NCBI RefSeq assembly: GCF_006345805.1
Contig: NC_043012.1
Span: 40,238,001 to 40,302,000 of the forward strand
Source of the DNA: Octopus sinensis
Lineage: Eukaryota
Direction of reading: 5' to 3'
Length of the DNA stretch: 64,000 nt
This document shows positions 54,640 to 64,000 of the stretch, in pieces. The first letter of the stretch is position 1. Every line of letters starts with the position of its first letter. The notes beneath the pieces were generated by a model, which did no database searches, was not told the origin of the DNA, and was given only the letters and a program-made list of their open reading frames with translations. Position numbers and translations under genes: made by a program.

Positions 54640-54771
54640 ATGCAAAACCAAGATGCGGAACCGGGCATACCCCATGTCACTGCTACCGAATGTTACGAAC
54701 AATTCCTTGGAGCCGTGCACGCTTGTACCGATTCCAGCCACGCACATGTCTTCATCATTCTTGGAGCCTCT
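54640..54771 (+). CDS. G6PD: Glucose-6-phosphate dehydrogenase, first coding exon (MQNQDAEPG...SHAHVFIILGAS); gene continues beyond the window
   Basis: The exon starts after acceptor TTTTCCTTCAG (exon start 54624). It ends HVFIILGAS|GTAAGT in phase 0, the first half of the GASGDLA NADP-binding motif, at the intron position I recall for vertebrate G6PD. An in-frame TAA lies just upstream of the ATG. Confidence 0.85.
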
Positions 54772-56692
54772 GTAAGTAAACCGCTGCCTTTCTCTCTGCT
54801 CTCGAAATTAATATATCTCTCTTCTCTGTTGTATTTTTATATCCTGTTCTATCATGCATCTGGATTTAGCTATAATTGCTATCTGTTTTTTTTTAATTAC
54901 TGCGACTTTCTGCCTCCTTTTTGCCCTCCACGCATCCTGCTGCACCCGAGCACTGGATACAATAAGTGCAGATATTTATATTTCAATCATGGATACTAAT
55001 ATACCAGTTCAGTTTCTAATATTTAATATGCCATAAGTTCAATTATCAATACTTCATTACGTTCTGAAATAAAATACCGACGAAGTCAACTTTGCCTTTC
55101 ATTGTTTCGGGATCGATAACATATCAGTCGGACACTGGGGGGTAGATGTACATAATTGACTGGTCCTCCCTCAAACACTTTAGGCCTTGTACCTATCACA
55201 AGGGCCTACTCGGTAGCTATGTGTTGGTGTATTTTAATTACTGCCAGATTTATATATAGTAGCTGATTGAGAGATGGTTAGGAACGGATATTCTGAACTA
55301 AAGTTGTGTTGAAGAAACGGAAAACTTTATTTCGTAGTTTTCTGATAAATAAATATTTTAGATTTACTGACCGAAGAAATATTTCATCACCAAATTCAAA
55401 ATCGAAAGAAGACTCGTTTTTAAACATAGTTATCGGCTTTAAAAGGGTTTTGGTTAGATTTGCGCGTGTATGTATGTATACATACTTACAAATATACATA
55501 CATACAAATATACATACATACATACAAATATACATACATACATACACACGTACATACATACATATATACATACATACATATATATACACATATATACATG
55601 TATGCATGCATACATACATACCTACATATTATGTAAGTGGTCCAAAATTATATAACGTTTTGCACACTGGATTATTTAGGGTCTTCCCTGTATAAATATG
55701 CGAGATGAAGTAATATCGTGGTCCCCCCCCCCCTCTCGACCTATTTCCTGAATGTAGGGCGGGGTGGAAGTTAAAGGTCGGTTCTCAAACTTTTAAGGAG
55801 CTTTCTTTACTTTGAAGGAGGGTCTCCCCTTACATATCGGTGTCCAAGCCCACTCCCCACCCCGCCTCCGATCTCTGAGTGCCGGATCGATGTCCTGTAT
55901 ATGGGTGTGTATGTGTGTATACATACATACGTTCATATATATACACCACGATGACTACTGCACTCAGCAATATTGACAACTTTCTCGGACACAGACGTAA
56001 ATAAAACTGGTTTTACTCGTTGGTCTGCGGCCATGCTTGGGCACCAGCTTGATTGGTTTGTTGGACAAATCGATACCGAAACTTTATTTTTTTCTGAAGT
56101 CTACTACTTATTCTGTCGGTCCGTTTTGCCAAACCGCTATGTTACAAATCAACGTAGTTGCCAAGCGGTGGGACACACAAACACACACGTTATATGTATA
56201 AAGCGTGTGTGTTGAACAATCGCCGGTGTCTTAGTTCCTTCTGACCATTTTTCAGGTTTACAATTTGTTTAGATTTCCTTTAAATCATCCGTAAAGAATT
56301 TATTAATGGCACAGATGAGTTTACGACACACCCTCACACATACACCACATCGTGTGTGTGTGTGTGTGTGAGGGTGTGTCGTAACCTCTTAGTCTTTCTT
56401 TTACTCGTTTCGGTTATTTGGCTGCGGCAATGCTGGAGCACCGCCTTAAAGGGTTTTTTAGTTGAAGAAATCGACTCCAGGACTTATTCTCTGTAACCCT
56501 ATTACCTTATTCTATCGGTCTCTTTTGCCGAACCGCTAAGTGACGGGGACGTAAACACACCAGCATCTATTAAGCGATGGTGGTGGACAAACACACACTC
56601 ACATATTTCAAAGGTAAAGAATATGCACACCACCCGCTTTCGGCGGTTAGGGTTAGGCCAAAAACGAATGGTATTCGTATTCTTTACCTCCA

Positions 56693-56731
<39 letters not shown>

Positions 56732-57931
56732 GTCGGGCTTCTTTCAGTTTCCGTCCACCAATCAACTCACCCGGCTTTGCTCAGCCTGAGGCTGTAGAAG
56801 ACACTTGTCCAAGGTGTCACGCAGTGGAGCTGAACCCGGAACATGTGGTTGGGAAGCAAGGTTCTTACCCACACCCTATATAATATTAATTGTTGTTTTT
56901 AAGTCTGGTACTTTTTCTATCAGAATCTATTTGACCAACAGCTAAGTTACAAGGACATACACAAACCAACACTGGTTACCAAGTGGTGGGGGACAAACAT
57001 ACATATCCATATATATAATATATATATATGTATATGTATATATGCTCTTTTACTCATTTCGGCCATGGTCAGTCTGGGTGTTTCACATCACCACTCTTGT
57101 ATGTGCCTATGTCCCAGCTGTTGGTACATTTGGTGTATAAGGGGGTTTGATTCCACTGCCCTCATCTTCACCTCATGTCAGGCTGTTGGTTCATCCGGTA
57201 TTGTGGAGAGGAGGATGTCTAGATCCATTTTGAAGACATTACTTCCACCTTATGCAAATTTCTTAATTTTTGAGGCAGGGCATTGAAGGGCTGTGGGCCT
57301 TTGAACCCTTGACTATTGCAGTACCTGGTCCTCAATTTAGATGGAGTGGATGGTACCTTTGGTACAATACAATAGTGGCCAGTTCTGGCATTTGCATAAC
57401 ACTCAATGCCTAAGTTAGGTACTAGCCCTTCTAGGATTTCCCATATGTATATTATTGCATATATATATATATATATATATATACGAAAATTTGTCATCCA
57501 TTTGGATTTTTGTTATATTTTGCTCATATTGAGCACTAATTAAATGTGCTGTAACAAAGGTTTTTCTTTTTTCTTCTTATTCTATATATATGTTCTCATA
57601 CTTCATCAACCAAATTCACTTATTTGGCTGTGCAATGAGACTGAACCCAAAGTCTTGTGCTTGTAAAGCAAAATTTATTAACCACAGGCATGTCTACACA
57701 CACACACACACCATTCCATATTTGCATTATTTACTTCTCTGTGATTAGAGGTGATTAAAGGTAATATGGACCCCCAACATCAAACCTAGTCTTGAAATGT
57801 CAGGCACAGCACTGCTTCGCTTACGGATTGGCTTACATTTGGTACTTAACATATTTTAACTAATTTTTGAGGATTGTCTGGTAACCATGTTGTTGTTTGT
57901 CCCCCTTCTCTCTCTTGCACCTCCATATATA

Positions 57932-58146
57932 CAGGGTGACCCAAAAATAGGTTTACAGTTGTCTTGTAGGCACATTAAATTTCTTCTAAAACATTTTATT
58001 ACATTTAAATTTCTATCTGACAAAGTTAACTAAATTAACAGAGAATAATGGTTCCATATTTCTTTTATAATTAAGATCTAAACTGTTAATATATGAATGC
58101 GGAAGAGATTGTTGAATAACTGTAGACCTACTTTTGGGCCACCTTG
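57932..58146. mobile_element. Tc1/mariner-type MITE
   Basis: TA-CAGGGTGACCCAAAAATAGGTTTACAGTT ... AACTGTAGACCTACTTTTGGGCCACCTTG-TA. Confidence 0.82.
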
Positions 58147-58859
58147 TATGTATATGTGTATATTTTTCCTTGGGGCTGGCCAGATTGGAGCAATCTCAAG
58201 ATTAATCAGCCGAAATTGCGAGGATGATCCGGTTCTTGACTGAAGAGAGGCTTCGAATGACCCGTCCGTGTTTTTTGTATCATCTATTTGGATGTTTTGC
58301 GTTCTTGTCCCATTTTGTATTTATATATATATACACACACAACATATATATGCACACACACACACACACACACAGAGGTCATCGTTGACTGAGAACCTGT
58401 CCAACTTACGATCGATCGACTTTATGATGATTGGCATGCCAGCTCTCGGCAGCAGTAATAAATAGTCCAGTTGAAATCTAATGGGTTTAATTTCTTAGAA
58501 ATTAACCCTTCTACGGATGATGTCAGCTAACAAACACTTCCTTAGGTTTGGTTATCGATGGCCACTGCGGTTATCCCAAGTGTTGGGTGAAAATCCTGTC
58601 GTGGAGACATCGAAGCAACCTTGTATTTGTTTAGAAGACAACTGCTTGAGACTCTGAAATTTTTGACTAACGCCAGTCTAGTAGTATAATACAGACTGTT
58701 GTGTGTGACTTTGATCTGAGAATGTACTTTAAGAATATAAAAATATAAAACAAAGCTATGTATAAGGCCTACAGGCCGACTTATGACCAAATCAACCTGC
58801 ATCCAGTCAATCGGAACCAATTATGGTTGTAAGTTGACAACGACCTGTGTATGTGTATA

Positions 58860-59397
58860 GAGTAGAATTTTGCAGTATGAGTGCACCGTTGCACAAGTAA
58901 TTTGCTGTATGAGCTGAGGCTTGTGCGAAGCTGTCTTGAAGTATGAGTGGAAATCTGTGGTATGAGCGAGTTTCATACAAGTGACAGTCAGTCGGCACTG
59001 GGCTTTGTTCACGCTCCCCCAACAAGCACAGCCTCCACTAGTTCAGTTCACATGTTTATCGTGTTGTGGCAGCATCCCAATTGTGTTTTTCTCTGTGTTT
59101 TTGCTCTTGTTTTGAGTGATTTTTGTTATCTTTTTATAATACTTGGTTGCGTAAGCCATGGGTCCTAAGAAGGTGAGTGCAAAGGACATTGCTGTGAAGA
59201 AGAAGAAAAAGCTGATTATGATGGAATTGATGAAGGAAGACATTGATAAACATGAGAGAGGAGTGAGTGTGGTGGACATAGCATGTTGATGAGCTGCACC
59301 ACCCTGAAGAAAATGGATGAGATCAAGGCCATTAGAATAGCAGAGGGTATTTTTTGGCTCTCCAAGCAATGCTCATCTGACCATGAAGAGATGGAAA
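58860..59397 (+). mobile_element. 5' fragment of a Tigger/pogo-like transposon (CENP-B-type HTH N-terminus), truncated by a SINE
   Basis: ATG at 59158 opens MGPKKVSAKDIAVKKKKKLIMMELMKEDIDKHERGVSVVDIA, then after a frameshift KMDEIKAIRIAEG..LSKQCSSDHEEME. Four GTATGAG repeats lie upstream. Confidence 0.75.
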
Positions 59398-59951
59398 GTA
59401 GCTTGCTTACCAACCACATGGTTCCAGGTTCAGTCCCACTGCATGGCACCTTGGGCAAGTGTCTTCTAATGTAGCCTCAGGCCAAGTAAAAGAGTAAAGA
59501 GTAAAGCGTATATATTTGTATGTACATGTATGTATATATATGTTTGTATATGTATGTGTGTGTATATATATGTATGTATGTATCTGTAAAATATGACATA
59601 TGCTGTTACTGATCTTAAAATATGAAAATAAAATAAAACTGTTTCTCTTCTTGTGATTACTTCAACCAAATGTCTATACCCAGTTCTGTACACACGTACC
59701 CCCCCCCCCTGTTTTATTGAAGTAAACGGGGGGGGGGGGAATTAGGTCTAATGCGACAGGGAGAGTGTCTGTCCATTCTGACACTGTCCCATTCTTTGAC
59801 TAAGAATCACATGATGTGGCATGCAAAGTGGCAATGTGTCTTATGTATGCATGTGTGTATAGATATGTGTGTGTGTGTATATATATATATAGATATATAT
59901 ATATACCCATGTGTATGCATGTATATTTGTGCTTGTGTGTGTGTGTATATA

Positions 59952-59990
<39 letters not shown>

Positions 59991-59991
<1 letters not shown>

Positions 59992-60329
59992 GGGTAAAGA
60001 CCCCCTTCGGTCATGACTGACCCTGGGTTTGCACCTAGAGAGTTACCCTCTGAGGCACAAGTCTGGGCAAGGTTGTTTATGGAAGACCAGCAGTCGCCCA
60101 TGCATACCGGCCTCCCCTCTCCACGCCACCAGTGTTATCCAAGGGAAAGGCAAAGGGCCCGATACAGCTTGGCACCTGTGACGTCGCAACTCATTTCTAC
60201 AGCTGAGTGAACTGGAGCAACGTGAAATAAAGTGCCTTGCTCGAGAACACAACACGCAGCCCGGTCCGGGATTCGAGCTCACAACCTCACGATCGTAAGC
60301 TCGACGCTCTAACCACTGAGCCATGCGCC
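59991..60329 (-). mobile_element. tRNA-derived SINE, nearly intact. Relatives at 40651-40916 (-) and 27130-27450 (+)
   Basis: Minus-strand head GGCGCATGGCTCAGTGGTTAGAGCG...GAGCTCGAATCCC; the body matches the 40651 copy closely. Confidence 0.85.
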
Positions 60330-61320
60330 TTCATTTATATAAATAAGGATAAGATTGATATTTAAATAACGATCTTACCAGGTGGCCAGCATGGGAATAA
60401 AAACCTCCAAAGGTGAAAATTACAATTTAGGGTATCTAAGAGATACCACCATGCTGGAAATAGTAGTCAAAACTTGACTCTAAAACCACATTAAATGTTC
60501 ATACAGCACCAGGAGAGAAGAGAAAAAAGACAAAATATGCATGTATATGTGTATATGTACGCAAACGTGTGTGTGGGTACATGCTTGTGTATATATATGT
60601 GTGTGTGTGTGTTCTTGTATGTATACATGTGTGTATATATATATATTGTTTTCAAGCTCCTTAAAAAGAAGCAGTAGATTTCTAGTGTGTCTCTAAAATC
60701 TGCTGCCCACTCTCAGAAGGGGACTGGCATCCGAAATAGGTGAATGCTCCTATATTTTATGAAACCCTGCAGGGTGACCTAGAAGGGGTGGAAGTTCAAA
60801 TCCTACCAATGTTAGCTTTGCTTGTCATCTCCTCAGGGCCAATAAAACATTGTAAATGATAAAAATATTATTATTATCATTATTATTCTTTAGGCTGGCA
60901 GAGTTGTTAGCATGCTGAGCGAAATGCTTCGCAGGATTTCGTCTGCTGCTATGTTCTGAGTCAAAATTCTGCCGAGGTCAACTTTGCCTTTCATCATTTT
61001 GAGTCGATAAATTAAGTACCAGTTAAATACTGGTATCAGTATAATCGACACATCCCCTATCCCAAAACTGCTGCCCTTGTGGCAAAATTTGAAACCGTTA
61101 TTATTATCATTATTATTATTAAAGCAGTGAGCTGGCAGAATCGTTAGCATCCCAGACAAAATGCTCCACAGCACTTGACCGTTCCCCTAGAATTTTAGGC
61201 CTTGTGCCTTTAATAAAAAGAATTTTCATTATGTTCTGAGTTCAAATACTGCCAAGGTTAGCTTTGCCTTTAATCTTCTCACAGTCGATCAAATAAGTAC
61301 CAGTTAAACACTGGGGTTAA

Positions 61321-61724
61321 TACAGTTCTATATTTAAGAGATGAGGATTTATTTACATTTGACGGATATTTGTCCTCAACTTGTTTGTTGTTAACACATA
61401 CCTTAGGAATGAGAGGCCCTAAAATTCACTCCATAATTGCCCTTGGGCATATGGCATAGTGATCAAGAGCGCAGGATACTAACCCCAAGATTCCGAGTTC
61501 AGTTCCAGGCAGCGATCTGAATAATAATATTAATAATAATAATAACAATAATAATAATAATAATAACAACAATAATAATAACGGAAAAATACCTTAGGAA
61601 TGAGAACCCAGGTTCGAAATTTCCCCAAGACACCTGATGAAGGCTGGAGGTGTATATCAGCTGAAATGTTGTGTTAACAACAAACAAGGCGAGGACAAAT
61701 TTCCGTCAAATGTAAATAATGTAC
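61321..61724 (+). mobile_element. Penelope-like non-coding unit: inverted terminal copy, tRNA-like A/B boxes, (AAT)n and a hammerhead motif
   Basis: 48-bp inverted repeat 61351-61398 / 61670-61717 (3 mismatches); 16-bp direct repeat 61399-61414 / 61590-61605; A box 61452-61462; B box 61497-61506; CTGATGA..GAAA core 61634-61666. Confidence 0.65.
61629..61675 (+). ncRNA. Candidate minimal type I hammerhead ribozyme
   Basis: Stem I GACAC/GTGTT; core CTGATGA; stem II GGCTG/CAGCT; GAAA; then TGTT, which looks like a CpG-decayed palindromic ACGT stem III. Confidence 0.6.
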
Positions 61725-62804
61725 TGCGGTTAATGTAATCAACTTACTCCCAGAACTTACTGGCCTTGTGCCAAAATTAGAAATTATTATTATTATTATT
61801 ATTATTATTAAGGTGCTGAGCTAGCAGAATCGTTAGCCTGCCAGACAAACTGCTCAGCAGCATGTAATTAATCCCAGGATCTAATCAACCAGTTGTCTGC
61901 TTCTTTCCCAATTCTGTCATAATAATAATAATAATAATAAGCCTTTCTAATGTAGGCACAAGGTCTGAAATTTTGTGTGAGGCAGGATATTATCAATTAA
62001 ATTGGCACCAATGCTTAATTAGTCCTTTCTCCATTGACCCTTAAAGGATGGAAAGCTACGCTAAAGATTCTGCTGGTTTGCCACCTTAACACTAATAGTT
62101 CTTTCTGCTATAGTCACAAGGCCTGAAACTTGTGGTTAGGGGGCTAGTTGAGTACATTGACCCCAGTATCTGACTGGTACTCAGTTTGTTGATCCTGAAA
62201 GGATGAAAGGCAAGTTGACCTTTAATATTTGAGCTCAGAATCTGAAGATGGACGAAATGCCTCTGAGTATTTTGTAGTGTGCACAGACGATTCTGCCTGA
62301 TTACCACCTTACTACTACTACTACTACTACTACTACCACTACTACTACTCATCCTTTAACGTCAGTTTTTCATGCTGGCATGGGTTGGACAGTTTGACCA
62401 GAGCGGGGATGTTGCACCAGCCTCTTCCTGTCTGATTTGGCTTGGTTTCTACAGCTGGGTGCTCTTCCTAGCGCCAACCACTTTACAGTGTGTGCTGGGT
62501 GCTTTTATTGTGCCACTGGCATGAGCACTTTTATGTGGGGCCAGCACAAGTGCCTTTTTACGTGGCACTGACATGAATAATTATAATAATAGTAATAATA
62601 AAAAAAAGCACAAGGCCTCAAATTTGGGAGAAGGGATTAAGTCGATTACATCGACCCCAGTGCATAACTGGTACTTATTTAATTGACCCCAAACGATGAA
62701 AGGCAAAGTTGACCTTGGCGGAATTTGAACTCAGAACATAATGGCAAACAAAATACCACTAAGCTTTTCGCTTGGCATGCTAATGATTCTGCCAGTTTGT
62801 CGCT

Positions 62805-62848
<44 letters not shown>

Positions 62849-64000
62849 TCTTTCTACAATAAGCCTGAAATTTGGTTGGAGGGGACTAGTCAAGTGCTTG
62901 CTTAGTACTTATTGACCCTGAAATGATGAAAAGCAAAGATGACCTCAGGAGAATTTAAACTCAGAACGTTGCGATGGGCGAAATACCACTAAGCATTTCA
63001 TCCAATGTGCTGACATTTCAGCCAGCTCACCACCTCAATAGTAATAATAATAATAATAATAATAATATTTTGCTCAATACCACAGATTTGCTTGTCAGTT
63101 GTTTGACCGTAACCAGTTGAGCATGTCCCTTATTGGCTGACGATATGTGCATCTCTGATCACGAGCAGAAGTAGTGGGGGAGCATCATAGCCATGTGTTG
63201 AGAGGGATTCTTTGGGGTTTCAGTAACTCACCTCTGGAAACATGGGTGTTTCGTTCAACATCCTTAAACAACCCTTTATTCAGGGACCAGTTGAGCCAGA
63301 TGGGTTACTCGACCAGAAGAAAATTCTAACTGGGCCCCACCTGCAAGGTCATGTGCTGTTTATCTTGATATGAGATCACCACGTCACGCACATATGGTTG
63401 TGATGCATGTGCCTGGTGTACCTTTATCAGACGGGTAGTCATGATGGGTATATTGGGCTTCGTATATTTTACCCTAGTGTCACTTTGATGGCTTCCACTG
63501 CTCTCTCGCTCAATAATAATAATAATAATAATCATTTCTTCACTTTGTACTGAATTGCTTTGATTTTTTTTGTTGCTATTATTACTACTACTACTACTAG
63601 TACTACTACCACTACTACTACATTGTGTGTGCTAGTTATTACTCAGCAGTTTAATTTCTCACAAGTCATGTCTTTATATAAAGCAACCAGTGATCCTGCT
63701 GTTGAAGATTACTGTATGTTGCAGTTTTGCGTATAAAGTTGTGACTCTGTGCCATATAACAGATGAGACTCAATGGAGCAGAAGAACACTTTGTGATTAA
63801 AGTTATCCATCCATGACCACTCCAGACACTTTTAGAACTATCCTATGCAATGTTCCTTTCCATAGTGGAGTGTCATTTGAGGGAGATTTTGATTCTGTTT
63901 CTATCAGGTTGAATGACAAGGCATAATTTATGCAGCCTTCTGTTTAAGTCAAAATTGATTAGTCATTATCATTAACCAGCATCATAATTTATGCATGTCT

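Noticed and set aside
59699-59740. C-run / G-run small palindrome
   Set aside because: Homopolymer-based, single instance, no further structure
60773-60820. CAG|GGTGACCTA (GDL...) as the next G6PD exon
   Set aside because: Continues GDLEGVEVQILP rather than GDLAKKKIYP, with no proper polypyrimidine tract

Overview
Eukaryotic, AT-rich and repeat-dense genomic DNA. The SINE/MITE/microsatellite make-up suggests a coleoid cephalopod such as Octopus (inference). I reconstructed three host genes by hand from GT-AG splice sites with consistent reading phase. (1) SAP30BP: complete, 10 coding exons, minus strand, 3804-23681, 356 aa. (2) TAF11: complete, 4 coding exons, minus strand, 28717-37008, 382 aa with a long low-complexity N-terminus. 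(3) G6PD: only the first coding exon, plus strand, 54640-54771, divergent from TAF11; the rest lies beyond the window. The remainder is mostly decayed mobile DNA: a Helitron helicase remnant, a non-autonomous Helitron nested in a Tc1-type MITE, a mariner carrying a 184-bp SINE-derived tandem array, a Tigger/pogo 5' fragment, RTE-type LINE ends, several tRNA-headed SINE families, MITE/foldback elements and kb-scale microsatellites. The most interesting signal is a set of minimal type I hammerhead-ribozyme motifs of the kind carried by Penelope-like elements (61629-61675, 32837-32918, 29896-29935). The first sits in a unit that also has a tRNA-like Pol III promoter and 48-bp inverted repeats, on the sense strand of a G6PD intron. 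All gene and family assignments rest on remembered protein and motif similarity; no database search was run.
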